A stretch of DNA of 35,175 nucleotides, taken from positions 1-35,175 of the forward strand of contig CAZWEM010000050.1 in the NCBI GenBank assembly GCA_964632315.1, written 5' to 3'. This DNA is from an uncultured archaeon. GTDB lineage: Archaea; Asgardarchaeota; Lokiarchaeia; Sigyniarchaeales; SOKP01. The notes below the pieces were generated by a model that ran no database searches, had not been told where the DNA came from, and saw only the letters and a list, made by a program, of their open reading frames with translations. Position numbers and translations under genes: made by a program. Shown here in pieces: positions 19,196 to 29,895 of this stretch. Every line of letters begins with the position of its first letter. Position 1 is the stretch's first letter.

Positions 19196-20683
19196 TTATA
19201 CAATTTCATCCCAAGCTTTTCTCAGCACGGCATCAGGATCATTGATAATTTTTGAGTCATTAGATAAGATCATCGTATTTCGATTCTTAAGATCGTATGG
19301 CTTCCATTGTGGTATTCCCTCATGATTTGGATTGCCATTCCTAGCAAAATTTACCCATGTTTTCATCATCAAATTGGAAAGTTCCAACGAATCTTTAGAA
19401 TTGGTTACAGCATCCTGAACCATATCTTCTCCCAGGGTGCCAAATACAAAAGCTATTTCAAACGTATGAAGTGCTGCCCCAAATTTTGGGGAATTATAGT
19501 GAAATATATAATGATAGATATTTGATTCATTTTCAAGGTGGGCTTCAAGCTGGTGAAGTATTGGAATCCGAAACATAGAATCTGATAAAATGAAATCCCA
19601 ATATTTGAAATCTTTATCGGGACATTTATTTTTAACCTCTTTTTTATAGCTCTCAATCAGTTTGTTTAAATCTTTTTTTGAGATTCCACTCTTCTCTAAT
19701 TGCGACTTGATTACTTTCATAATCACCTTTCGTTTTACTTCACCAGAATCTTCTAAAAGATTAGATATCATTCCTAATTCCTCACTATTATATCCGATGA
19801 TTACTGGGACATTTGCAGACTTTCCTTTACGAATTACTTCAATTGGTTGTTCAGTCATAATTTTCCCATCCACAAAAGGCCTAAAGGGATTACTTTTTAG
19901 ATCGAATACATTTCCAGCGATCTTTTGCTGAATTTTCATCAGCTTATCGAGTGGTACAGATTGTAGATCAGCAATATCAGCATTCTTTAAACCTAGTTTT
20001 TTCACGAACTTTTCTGCACCTTGACGGGCAGATAATGGTTCAAAATCATTTGGATTTGTCGCACCACTCTCAATTATCGCTTTTTGGAATAATCTCTTTG
20101 TAGATGCTATGGTGAGTAATATTCCAACCGACATGCCACCAGCTGATTCACCGAAAATCGTAATATTTCCTGGATCGCCTCCAAATTTTTCAATATTTTC
20201 CTTTACCCATTGTAATGCTGCTACTTGGTCGAGAATTCCTAAATTTGGGGTCACACTCGGTAAATTGAGAAATCCTAAGGCTCCTAAGCGATAATTAAAA
20301 GTCACCACGACAACATTTCCAAAAGTAGCTAATTTAGATCCATTCAATCTTTTTCTGGAACCTGCTCCTATAACAAACCCTCCACCGTGGATCCAAAACA
20401 TCACGGGTCGCTTTTTATCATCTGCTTGAGGCGTCCATATGTTAAGGTAAAGGCAATCCTCGCTTTCTTCTTGACCGATAGGGGGATCGTCTACATAATT
20501 TTGAGGAGAAATTGCTTTAAAATTTGATGCATCTTTGATTTCATTCCAAGGATCAGTAGGTTGAGGCTCCATAAAACGTAAATTGCCTATGGGTGGTTTA
20601 GCATAAGGAATTCCATAAAATCGTTGGTATCCTGATTCTTGAACGCCTTTAATTTTACCTTTTTTTGTATTTACAATAACCAT
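19196..20683 (-). CDS. Type-B carboxylesterase (para-nitrobenzyl esterase-like)
   Basis: GIPYAKPP, SEDCLYLNIW, WIHGGG, FGESAG (catalytic Ser) and NFARNGNPN. Confidence 0.94.
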   Translation of the reverse strand: MVIVNTKKGKIKGVQESGYQRFYGIPYAKPPIGNLRFMEPQPTDPWNEIKDASNFKAISPQNYVDDPPIGQEESEDCLYLNIWTPQADDKKRPVMFWIHGGGFVIGAGSRKRLNGSKLATFGNVVVVTFNYRLGALGFLNLPSVTPNLGILDQVAALQWVKENIEKFGGDPGNITIFGESAGGMSVGILLTIASTKRLFQKAIIESGATNPNDFEPLSARQGAEKFVKKLGLKNADIADLQSVPLDKLMKIQQKIAGNVFDLKSNPFRPFVDGKIMTEQPIEVIRKGKSANVPVIIGYNSEELGMISNLLEDSGEVKRKVIMKVIKSQLEKSGISKKDLNKLIESYKKEVKNKCPDKDFKYWDFILSDSMFRIPILHQLEAHLENESNIYHYIFHYNSPKFGAALHTFEIAFVFGTLGEDMVQDAVTNSKDSLELSNLMMKTWVNFARNGNPNHEGIPQWKPYDLKNRNTMILSNDSKIINDPDAVLRKAWDEIV

Positions 20684-20803
20684 ATTGTTCTAAGAATCAT
20701 GGATTTAATTAATTTTTTGCTACAAATAAAAGTAAATTAGGTAGTTTTATATAAAGTGAGAACTCTATCTTAATTCATTAATTTTTGAAAATAGGAGATA
20801 TTA

Positions 20804-22165
20804 TTGGAAAATCAAGATAAGAAACAATTAACCTCGCGGAATTTATGGGGTTATGCTATAGGTGCCATACCAAATGGATTATTGGTATTTATATTCCTTT
20901 TAAAGTATATACAGTTATTTTATGACAAATTACAATTAGCCCCAACTTTATTCGTAATTGGTCAAGTGATATACATGATAGTCAACGCGTTGAACGATCC
21001 GTTATTGGGACAGATGTCTGATCGAACCAATTCACAAAAATGGGGAAGTAGACGAACCATTTATATTCGATACGGAGCTCCAATTTGGGGTTTTACATTC
21101 ATGTTAGTATGGATTCCTTGGAGTTTTACTAATCAAATCGTCATCTTTCTTCATTTTGTCGTCAGTATTTGTCTGTTTGATACATTTTTTACTTTAGTTG
21201 TTCTTGTATGGATGGCTTTATTACCAGAAATGACTTCAGATCTGGACGAAAGGAATAAGGCAAACTTTTTAGCAACTATCATAGCTGCCGTATTCGTTCT
21301 TCCAATGTTTATCATCATAGGATCAATGGATCCAACATCGGAACAATTTGTTTTACTAATGCTTTTTATCGCAATTTTCTCGACGATTCTATTAATTTTT
21401 ACCTCGTTCATGTGTAAGGAAAGACCTGAATTTCAAAAGGACGAGGGACTTCCCTTGATAAAAGCAGTAAAGGAGACCTTGAGAATGAAATCCTTTCTGC
21501 TATTCATAGCATATAGTTTCTGTGATGCTTTTATTGGTTCAATAGGGTTGAGTTATTTATTTGTCTACTTGTTGATTCTTGGAGAAGGTGGGCTACTTTA
21601 CTATTTTGCAATTTTCTTCTTTATTGGCTATGGAGCAAACTACTTTTATATAAAAATGAGACCAAAATGGGGCATGCGGAAAATTTTACTAAGATCTGGC
21701 TTCGCAAATGTCATAATAACGCTCGGATTATTTCCTTTCATCCTTTTAATTGATGCTCCTTTACTAGTGGTTATAACTTTAGCTATAAGGACCTTTTTAG
21801 GAGGGTATACGGTGTTTAATACTCCTTTCTTGTACCTTTCTATTGATGAGGACGAATTAAAAACTGGTTCCAGAAGAGAAGGAATGTTTTTAGGCATAAA
21901 TGCGTTAGTCAACAAACCAGCTCAAAGTATTGGGCCAATTATAGCAACTTTAGTCCTTGGAATCTTTGGTTACGTACAAAATTCAGCTATTCAACCCGAT
22001 TCTGCGTTTATTGGAATAAAGTTACTAATGTTTATAGTTCCAGCAATGGTAAACGCTATTGGCCTGATATTCATGTACTTCTACCCACTTTATGGAGATA
22101 GTCTGAACGAACTCCAAGAAAAACTTCGCAAACTTCACGCAGAAAAAAGAGAACGGATTGAATAA
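20804..22165 (+). CDS. MFS glycoside-pentoside-hexuronide (MelB-like) transporter
   Basis: NALNDPLLGQMSDRT, DEDELKTGSRREG and ~12 TM segments; TTG start after GGAGA. Confidence 0.9.
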   Translation: MENQDKKQLTSRNLWGYAIGAIPNGLLVFIFLLKYIQLFYDKLQLAPTLFVIGQVIYMIVNALNDPLLGQMSDRTNSQKWGSRRTIYIRYGAPIWGFTFMLVWIPWSFTNQIVIFLHFVVSICLFDTFFTLVVLVWMALLPEMTSDLDERNKANFLATIIAAVFVLPMFIIIGSMDPTSEQFVLLMLFIAIFSTILLIFTSFMCKERPEFQKDEGLPLIKAVKETLRMKSFLLFIAYSFCDAFIGSIGLSYLFVYLLILGEGGLLYYFAIFFFIGYGANYFYIKMRPKWGMRKILLRSGFANVIITLGLFPFILLIDAPLLVVITLAIRTFLGGYTVFNTPFLYLSIDEDELKTGSRREGMFLGINALVNKPAQSIGPIIATLVLGIFGYVQNSAIQPDSAFIGIKLLMFIVPAMVNAIGLIFMYFYPLYGDSLNELQEKLRKLHAEKRERIE

Positions 22166-22175
22166 GCACTTATTT

Positions 22176-23438
22176 TCATTTTCTATTTTTTAATACTTTA
22201 ATTTCATAATCTTCAACTTCCTTAATCCAATCCATTCCAGTTGGGGCATTATTAATACTGCAATAATAATCCCAAATTGACCCAAATGGTAATTTTTTAA
22301 CTTCTTCAATAATAGCCAGCCTTTGAAAATATTTTCCTTTCTCTTCAAAACCTTTAAGCACATTAAACGGGTAGAGAAGGGCTTTTAGTAAACCAATTAG
22401 TGTTGCTCTTGCTCCAATCACGTATGCTCCTATTCGATTAATTGATGCATCAAAATAATCTAACGCAATATGTATTTTATCGAGAGAATTACATTTAATG
22501 ATCTCTTCTGTGATTTGGGAGAGCTCATCATCCAATATCACAACATGATCGCTATCCCATCTTAAACCACGACTGATATGAAACACTAACCCCCTAAGAA
22601 AAGGCAAGATCGCAGATATTTTATCTCCAACTGATTCAGTGGGATGAAAATGCCCAGAATCTAAAGTAAGCAATAAATTATTTTTAATAGCATAACTTAG
22701 ATAAAATTCATGGCTTCCAACTACAAATGCTTCACTTCCTATTCCAAATAACTTTCCTTCAAGTGAATCAAGTATGTATTTATCAGAATATTTTTTAGAG
22801 AAGATTCTATCCAACGAATCGATGAGTAATTTCCTATATCCATAGCGGTCAATTGTGATGTCCTTCATTCCGTCTGGGATCCAAATGTTGTGGATGCACG
22901 TGTCATTCAATTGTCTTCCTATTTCAGCACTGATCTCTCTTGATCTCATAATATGTTCAATCCAAAAATTTCTAATTTCCTCATCTTTACTACTTAATGT
23001 AAAGCCCTCATCAGCTTTAGGATGAGAAAATAAGGTGGGATTGAAATCTAATTTGATTTCATTTTTTTTTGCCCAATCTATCCATGAGTGAAAATGAGAA
23101 GGTTCTATTTCATCCCTCTCAACAAAATTTTTCTCAAAATCTCCATATATGGCATGCAAATTGACTCGATGATTTCCAGGAATTAATGATAGCACTTTTT
23201 CTAAATCTTGTTTGAGTTCGCTTATGTTTCTCGCCTTTCCAAGGTAATTACCCGTTGCTTGAATACCTCCTCCCATTAACTTAGAATTGGATTTTTCAAA
23301 TCCTCCAACATCATCACCCTGCCAACAATGAATAGAAACAGGAATTTTCTTTAAAGTTTCCAGAGCCTTATCAACATCGACTCCATATTGCTCATATTGA
23401 GTTTTAGCAATATTATAAGTATCTTCTATCGAATCCAT
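22176..23438 (-). CDS. rhaA: L-rhamnose isomerase
   Basis: SIHCWQGDDVGGFE, NLHAIY, DFNPT, NIWIPDG, KLFGIGSE, DSGHFHPTE, RWDSDHVV and LDYFDASINR. Confidence 0.96.
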   Translation of the reverse strand: MDSIEDTYNIAKTQYEQYGVDVDKALETLKKIPVSIHCWQGDDVGGFEKSNSKLMGGGIQATGNYLGKARNISELKQDLEKVLSLIPGNHRVNLHAIYGDFEKNFVERDEIEPSHFHSWIDWAKKNEIKLDFNPTLFSHPKADEGFTLSSKDEEIRNFWIEHIMRSREISAEIGRQLNDTCIHNIWIPDGMKDITIDRYGYRKLLIDSLDRIFSKKYSDKYILDSLEGKLFGIGSEAFVVGSHEFYLSYAIKNNLLLTLDSGHFHPTESVGDKISAILPFLRGLVFHISRGLRWDSDHVVILDDELSQITEEIIKCNSLDKIHIALDYFDASINRIGAYVIGARATLIGLLKALLYPFNVLKGFEEKGKYFQRLAIIEEVKKLPFGSIWDYYCSINNAPTGMDWIKEVEDYEIKVLKNRK

Positions 23439-23512
23439 CTAATCACCAAACAAATACATTATTGTACTTTCCAAACTATTAAAAGATTTCTTCATTAAAG
23501 ATTATTATTAAG

Positions 23513-24940
23513 GTGGTTAATATCAATAACGATTTACAACGTGCCCTGGAATACCTTAAGAAGGCTGAGATAGAGGCTTTAAAATGCCCATATCGACCAA
23601 AATATCACTTTCTTCCAAAAGCAAACTGGATGAATGATCCTAATGGCCCTATTTTTTATGATGGGGAATATCATCTTTTTTATCAGCATTATCCATTTAA
23701 AGATGACTTAAAATTCGATCAATTCTGGGAAATGTCATGGGGACACGCAAAGAGTAGTGATCTTATTCACTGGGAACATCTTCCTATTGCCTTAATGCCG
23801 TCGCACAAAAAAGGAGAAGATGGATGTTGGTCTGGCACTTGTATATTAAATGATGGAATCCCAACCATAATTTATACGAGTGTGAGTACGCTCAATTCTC
23901 CACATGATTATGCTGAGCTATGGTTGGCAACTAGTAAAGATGGAATGATAACATGGGATAAATACATTAATAATCCAATTTTAACTCTTGAAAAGAGTTC
24001 TCAATTTGAAATACATGACTGGAGAGACCCTTTTATCTGGAGAGAAAGTGATAAATGGTTTATGATAATGGGAGGCCATGAACACACTTCTTCCACTAAT
24101 AGTCACGGTATAACTTTATTATATGAATCAGTTGACTTATTCGATTGGAAATTTAAAGGAGTTTTTTCTAAAGGTACTCGCAAGCAAGGTCGAGGGTGGG
24201 AGTGTCCTAATTTTGTAACTCTTGGAGATAATCATATCTTAATTGTTTCTCCTTTTAAAGAAGTCATATATGCGATTGGTGATTATAAAGACCATTCTTT
24301 TACTCCAATTACTTGGAGTATTCTAGATCACGGGAAGTGCTTTTATGCTGCAAATTCCTTTTTAGATGATAATCAAAGAAGAATTTTATGGGGGTGGATT
24401 AAAGGAGGGGGTTCAGGAAGTTGGAACGGGTGTCTAAGCTTGCCCAGGATTCTAAAATGTGATAAAAGTCGAAATTTAAACGTAACTCCTGCTGAAGAAC
24501 TTCAAAAATTAAGAGAAAGCCATTTTCAATTTAGAAACTGTTTAATAAAACAAAATTATGATTTATTCTTAGGAAACTTCCCTGATTTAACATTGGAATT
24601 GATAGCAACCTTCGAACTTAGTGGAAATGAAATTTTTGGGTTTAATCTTTTCCTTGAAGAAAAAAAAGAGGGAGGAAAGATCGAGTATAACGCAAATAAG
24701 TGTAAAGTCACTGTTGGAAGCGAAATTGGAAGATTAAATAAGATTTATAGCCCCAAAAATGTAAAATTTCACATCTTTATTGATAAATCGGTTATTGAGG
24801 TTTTCATTAATTATCAAGATTGTATTACTAGCCGGATTTATTTTGCATCTAAAAAATCGAATGGATTTTCTATATATTCCAAACAAGGGTCAATAAATCT
24901 TAAAAAGTTAGACATTTGGACTCTAAAAAAGATTTGGTAA
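23513..24940 (+). CDS. GH32 beta-fructofuranosidase / sucrose-6-phosphate hydrolase family
   Basis: WMNDPNG, WGHA, WSG, RDP, WECP and C-terminal DKSVIEVF. Start uncertain (GTG 23513 or ATC 23522). Confidence 0.93.
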   Translation: MVNINNDLQRALEYLKKAEIEALKCPYRPKYHFLPKANWMNDPNGPIFYDGEYHLFYQHYPFKDDLKFDQFWEMSWGHAKSSDLIHWEHLPIALMPSHKKGEDGCWSGTCILNDGIPTIIYTSVSTLNSPHDYAELWLATSKDGMITWDKYINNPILTLEKSSQFEIHDWRDPFIWRESDKWFMIMGGHEHTSSTNSHGITLLYESVDLFDWKFKGVFSKGTRKQGRGWECPNFVTLGDNHILIVSPFKEVIYAIGDYKDHSFTPITWSILDHGKCFYAANSFLDDNQRRILWGWIKGGGSGSWNGCLSLPRILKCDKSRNLNVTPAEELQKLRESHFQFRNCLIKQNYDLFLGNFPDLTLELIATFELSGNEIFGFNLFLEEKKEGGKIEYNANKCKVTVGSEIGRLNKIYSPKNVKFHIFIDKSVIEVFINYQDCITSRIYFASKKSNGFSIYSKQGSINLKKLDIWTLKKIW

Positions 24941-24971
24941 ACTATTTTTTTTTATTTCCATTTAAAAGCAT

Positions 24972-26729
24972 ATGGAAAATGGAAAAAGCTGGAGCCCAGT
25001 TGGAGATCAAATCTTAACCCGATGGGCTAAAGATGTTGATCCTAATGAACCACTGCCGGAATATCCCCGTCCCCAAATGAAGCGAGAGAAATGGCTTAAT
25101 TTAAATGGATTATGGGACTATGCAATATGTCCTAAAGATTTGAAAGATGTACCTCAATTTGATGGCAAGATTCTCGTTCCTTTTCCGGTTGAATCAGCAT
25201 TATCTGGTGTTATGAGAGGGTTAAAGCCGAGTCAGAAACTTTGGTATCATCGTGAATTTGAAATACCAAAAGATTGGAAAGAGCAAAAAATATTGCTTCA
25301 TTTCGGAGCTATTGATTGGAAAGCAATCATATGGGTAAATGGAGATAAGATTGGAGAACATGAAGGAGGTTATACTCCATTTAAATTTGATATTTCAGAT
25401 AATCTAAAGGATGAACAAAATGATCTCGTAATTAGTGTATGGGATCCTACTGACAGTGGCAAACAAGAACGTGGAAAACAATCATTAAATCCAAAGATCA
25501 TCTTTTATACTGCAGTTTCTGGAATTTGGCAAACCGTTTGGTTAGAACCCGTACCATCAACGTTTATTGAGAATTATTACACCACTACAAATATCGAAAA
25601 TGAATTGTTAGTTATTGATCCGATAATCAAGAATCCAGTATCATCTGATGTATTGGAGTTAGAAGTTCTGAAAAATGAAAAAGAGATCATTTCACAAGCT
25701 GTACAAATTAATAATAAATTTCAAATCAATCTCAAATCTCCGCAATTATGGAATCCTGAAAATCCTTTCCTTTATAACTTCATTCTTAGAATAAAGAGGG
25801 GGAATGCTATTGTTGATGAGATTTGTGGATATTTTGGGATGAGAAAAGTGTCGCTAAAGGATGAAAATGAAGTGATTACAATTGAGCTTAACAACAAACC
25901 AATATTTCAATATGGAACATTAGACCAAGGTTATTGGCCCGATGGCCTTTACACGGCGCCTACTGATGAAGCACTCAAGTATGATATTCAAATTACCAAG
26001 GAATTAGGATTTAATTTAATTAGGAAACACGTGAAAGTAGAACCTGCAAGATGGTATTATCATTGTGATAAATTAGGTATTTTAGTATGGCAAGATATGC
26101 CAAGTGGAGGCGAAGTGAATATTATCAATCGTCCTGTCAATATTCATGAGTATAAATCAAAGCGAAATGAAAGCGATAAATTGAAGTATTACAAAGAACT
26201 TGGAACAATGATTAAAAATTTATCCAATATTCCTTCAATCATCGTTTGGGTTCCATTTAATGAAGGATGGGGGCAGTTTGAAACTGAGAAAGTCACTAAT
26301 CAAATTAGAAAGCTTGATTCTACAAGATTAATTGATTCTGCAAGTGGATGGTATGATTATGGAGTCGGTGATATATACGATATCCATAATTATCCTAATC
26401 CTGTTTTACTCGATCTTAATAGGACCAAATCTCGAGCTAAAGCTGTGGGAGAATTTGGAGGGCTTGGTCTTGAAGTTCAAGATCATATGTGGAATGTACC
26501 AGAGAAATTTGTGTATAGAAATTTTACAAATAGCTTAAAGTTAGCTAAAAGATACGAAAGATTAATTGAAAAGATTATCTCATTGAAGCAAGAGGGATTG
26601 AGTGCAGCAATATACACTCAAATCACTGACGTTGAGGGAGAAGTTAATGGATTGTTAACTTACGATCGAGAAATGATTAAGATTGATAAACAAAAACTTC
26701 GAGAATTAAATTTAAGATTATTAAAATGA
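24972..26729 (+). CDS. GH2 glycoside hydrolase (beta-galactosidase / beta-galactofuranosidase-like)
   Basis: PEYPRPQ, LNGLWDY, SGIWQTVWLE, LDQGYWPDGLYTAP, RKHVKVEP, FNEGWGQ and GEFGG. Confidence 0.9.
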   Translation: MENGKSWSPVGDQILTRWAKDVDPNEPLPEYPRPQMKREKWLNLNGLWDYAICPKDLKDVPQFDGKILVPFPVESALSGVMRGLKPSQKLWYHREFEIPKDWKEQKILLHFGAIDWKAIIWVNGDKIGEHEGGYTPFKFDISDNLKDEQNDLVISVWDPTDSGKQERGKQSLNPKIIFYTAVSGIWQTVWLEPVPSTFIENYYTTTNIENELLVIDPIIKNPVSSDVLELEVLKNEKEIISQAVQINNKFQINLKSPQLWNPENPFLYNFILRIKRGNAIVDEICGYFGMRKVSLKDENEVITIELNNKPIFQYGTLDQGYWPDGLYTAPTDEALKYDIQITKELGFNLIRKHVKVEPARWYYHCDKLGILVWQDMPSGGEVNIINRPVNIHEYKSKRNESDKLKYYKELGTMIKNLSNIPSIIVWVPFNEGWGQFETEKVTNQIRKLDSTRLIDSASGWYDYGVGDIYDIHNYPNPVLLDLNRTKSRAKAVGEFGGLGLEVQDHMWNVPEKFVYRNFTNSLKLAKRYERLIEKIISLKQEGLSAAIYTQITDVEGEVNGLLTYDREMIKIDKQKLRELNLRLLK

Positions 26730-26732
26730 AGA

Positions 26733-27638
26733 TTACTTGGTTAAACCTCTTAAAAGGATATCCATGCAATCCTTTTTGCTCTCTTCTGAGCTAAAATTCA
26801 TGCAGTATGTAATTTTCGAAGTTTTAGTATTGTTTCGATCGACCATATCTAATTTTCCCGGGTTTTTATTAGTATCTACTATAAGATGAAAATCAGAAGT
26901 CTGAAAGAGTCCATTACTAACCAAATATATAGGGACTAAGGTATCAAAAGGATAAAATCCCTTAGCTTTTGTTTTTTCCCATAAATTAAACCAATTCAAG
27001 ATATTTTCTACTAAGTATTGACTAATCACAGTTTTCCTTTCCTTAATAACATTGTAATGAGTACGATTAAAGACGATCTGGCAACATATATCTAAGCCCA
27101 TTCCGATACGAGGTGTTCTTGTCTCGGCTTCAATAAAAAGTTTAGTTGCTTTTGGATCATTTAAAAAATTGAATTCTGAATAATGAATAGTTTCTACTGG
27201 TCCAATACTTAAGGCAGAGGTCGGATGAATAAGGCCACCCATAAAGATCACTTCTCTTAAATCATCCAAAAATCCGGGGTATTTCATTATCGCTGTAGCA
27301 ATATTCGTTAGTGGTCCAAGAGTTAATAATGTAAGCTCTTTAGGGTTATCCTTAACTTCAGATATTAAGAATTCAGAGGCCTCTGTTAGCTTACCCAAAT
27401 CTTCTCTTGAACTTGCTCCTAAATAGTGAGGAACTTTTGTTCTAGATGTCAAATGGAGGTATTCCATTAATAATTTGTACCCGGTCTTTACTCTCGTGTT
27501 CCCATACGTTACCGTGATCCCTTCAATTTCAAACAAATCAGGCTGATTTAACATGAATAATAATGCTAATCCATCATCAACATCAGCTAGAGACTTTTTT
27601 TTGCCCATTCCAGGGTCACAATCAACAAGCACTCGCAT
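26733..27638 (-). CDS. Inosine-uridine nucleoside hydrolase family protein
   Basis: DCDPG...DVDDG, TYGN, LGPLTNIA, FMGG and EFNF. Confidence 0.88.
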   Translation of the reverse strand: MRVLVDCDPGMGKKKSLADVDDGLALLFMLNQPDLFEIEGITVTYGNTRVKTGYKLLMEYLHLTSRTKVPHYLGASSREDLGKLTEASEFLISEVKDNPKELTLLTLGPLTNIATAIMKYPGFLDDLREVIFMGGLIHPTSALSIGPVETIHYSEFNFLNDPKATKLFIEAETRTPRIGMGLDICCQIVFNRTHYNVIKERKTVISQYLVENILNWFNLWEKTKAKGFYPFDTLVPIYLVSNGLFQTSDFHLIVDTNKNPGKLDMVDRNNTKTSKITYCMNFSSEESKKDCMDILLRGLTK

Positions 27639-27727
27639 CCTTAATGAAGAAATAATATATCAGTATTAAAAATTCTTAAATAAAGAAATAAAAATGATAG
27701 AAAAAACAGATAATTATATTACTAACC

Positions 27728-28569
27728 TTATAATGTTGAAAAGATACCTAGAATAATAGAAATATCGGTACCCGCGTGAAACAAGATTGATCCTAAGAGG
27801 GAATTTGTTTTTAGAATAATATATCCATACAAAATACCTAGGACAAACGTGATTCCAAGAAATATTATACTATCCGAAGTATAACTTACTCCAAAATGCA
27901 TGAGAGAATAGACCAAAGCTTGTAAAAGATTGCACAAATTAAATCCAAGGAAGTTTCTATACTTTTCAAAAAAAATTCCACGATATAACAGTTCTTCTAG
28001 TAATCCGTTTGAAAGTACAAACATTAAAATCCAAGGAAGCCAAGTTATAAATTTTTCTATGGTTAAAGCTGTTCCATAGAATAAGAGGATTGCTCCTATG
28101 AAAGAAACTAATAATAAAACAAGAAAGCCCCCTCCTCCTATGATTAACCCTAATTTAAGATTTCCTTTCTTTAATAGAGTTGAATCCATGTCATCTCCAG
28201 AAGCTTTGACTAACATTAAGATGGGGATAACAATTAAGGTAGTCTCAATTAATTTATTGAAAGCGAGCCCTTCTGTCGTTGTATTTGGGATTGCGTAAAA
28301 AAATGAAACTGCCCAAACAACTAAAAAAGATGTTGCTCCAATAAAAAAGCAAAAAATAATCTCCAAAATTTATGAAATCTTTCACTCTTATATAAAACCA
28401 AAGAAATGGTTAAAAAGACAAGCGGAATTACAATCTTGAAGACACCCTTTAACAACATTGGAAGTTGAAAGTTGCCCCATTGAATGGGACCTATAGCGAT
28501 CAAACCACATGCTAATAAAATGAAAAATAAACCCACTCGATTTTTCAGTTTCGCCTTCTCATTACTTAT
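27728..28569 (-). pseudogene. CPBP/CAAX (Abi) intramembrane metalloprotease, split by a frameshift at ~28343-28349 (pseudogene, sequencing error or -1 recoding)
   Basis: The 3' ORF carries EELLYRG, YSLMH and LFHAGTD. The hydrophobic 5' ORF (28321-28536, open to 28569) joins it as ...WRLFFAF|FIGATSF via a -1 shift in a T6 run. Confidence 0.78.
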
Positions 28570-28757
28570 TTTACATCACTTTAACACTTTAATTTCATTG
28601 CTAAAAATCATGGATTAAAAACTTAGCGTTCATTTAAACTCTTCTCTCGACTAATCAAAATTTAATAATTGAAAAAAATTCAATTTTGAATGTCTTAAAA
28701 TCTTAATGTAAAATCAATATCAATAAGTTTTTATCAATTTCGAGAATTAAGTATACT

Positions 28758-29894
28758 ATGACTAAACCACTACATGTTGGTTTAATTGGGTATGGACTTA
28801 ATGCAGTTGGGCATAAAACAGAATTAGAAATGCATCCAACTTTATCTGGTCGCGTTAAGATTATAGTTGCGCACGATCCTGATCCTGAAGCCAAAAAAAA
28901 TGTTGAAAAATTGAATGAGGTAAAATACGCTAATTCCTTTGAAGATTTATTAGACACTCCAGAGTTAGACGCAGTTATCATCAACAGTCCTCCACAATTT
29001 CATGCAGATCAAGTTATTACAGCAATGGAATCTGGTTTACATGTTTATTCTGAAGTGCCAATGGCTATTAAAGAGAACGATATTGAGCGAATTATATCTG
29101 CTGAGGAATCTTCTAGAAAAGTCTATCAGTTAGGAGAGAATTATTGTTTTATTCCAGAGGTACTTTATGCAGGTCATTTAGCAGAATCAGGTAAAATTGG
29201 TCCAACCGTTTATGCCGAGTCTGAGTATTTACACGATGTTACTTATCGTTGGAGGAAAGAGGGTAAAGGCGATGAAAATTCCCCTAGAGTCGACTCCTGG
29301 TATCAATTATTTGATCCGCTCATGTATGCCCATTCTATTGGTCCCGCACAAGTAGCATTGGGGGGAAATAATGATCCAATGCCATTTGTAGAAGTAATTA
29401 GTTATGCAAATGATATAGGTGGTTATCAAGGAAATCCAATTTGTAAACCAGCTAAAGCTTTTCAAGTTGGATTATTTCGAACCGAAATTGGAGCAATAGC
29501 TAAATGTGCTAACGCATACATTTTTGCTCGAGAACCGTCACGACTTCTTATCCAAGTGGTTGGAAGAACTGGGACTTATGAATGTTTTGAAATTGGAAAA
29601 CCAGGGAATTTATTTTTAGCTGAAAGTCATAAAATAACCCGATCAAAACATCGCAAGGGAAAATCGAGAATTATTAATGAGGAGGAATTAGCAAAAGTTA
29701 TTCCTCCAATACAGAGTATGTATTTTGGGGGTTCTGTACGTATTATGGATGACTGGGTAAAAGCAATTGAAGAGAAAAGAAAAGCTACCATCCATTCCAA
29801 AATTGCCGCTAATTTTTGCATGGCTGGAATTGCAGCTTCAAAATCTGCACGCTCTGGAGGAGCTCCTCAAAAAATAAAAGTATATAGTAATTGA
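28758..29894 (+). CDS. Gfo/Idh/MocA oxidoreductase with GH109-like motifs
   Basis: GLIGYG Rossmann motif, SEVPMA (EVP rather than EKP), GENYCF, EYLHD and YAHSIGP. Confidence 0.82.
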   Translation: MTKPLHVGLIGYGLNAVGHKTELEMHPTLSGRVKIIVAHDPDPEAKKNVEKLNEVKYANSFEDLLDTPELDAVIINSPPQFHADQVITAMESGLHVYSEVPMAIKENDIERIISAEESSRKVYQLGENYCFIPEVLYAGHLAESGKIGPTVYAESEYLHDVTYRWRKEGKGDENSPRVDSWYQLFDPLMYAHSIGPAQVALGGNNDPMPFVEVISYANDIGGYQGNPICKPAKAFQVGLFRTEIGAIAKCANAYIFAREPSRLLIQVVGRTGTYECFEIGKPGNLFLAESHKITRSKHRKGKSRIINEEELAKVIPPIQSMYFGGSVRIMDDWVKAIEEKRKATIHSKIAANFCMAGIAASKSARSGGAPQKIKVYSN

Positions 29895-29895
29895 G

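Noticed and set aside
20695-28616. AATCATGGATT upstream of both the esterase (20695-20705) and the CPBP gene (28606-28616)
   Set aside because: Only 11 bp, AT-rich and two occurrences before unrelated genes; not distinguishable from chance without a genome-wide count.
13220-29894. Selenocysteine or other stop-codon read-through at TGA ends (aor, rhaA, GH2, Gfo/Idh/MocA)
   Set aside because: The proteins look full length at those stops and the next gene begins or ends immediately; no SECIS-like hairpin was noticed.
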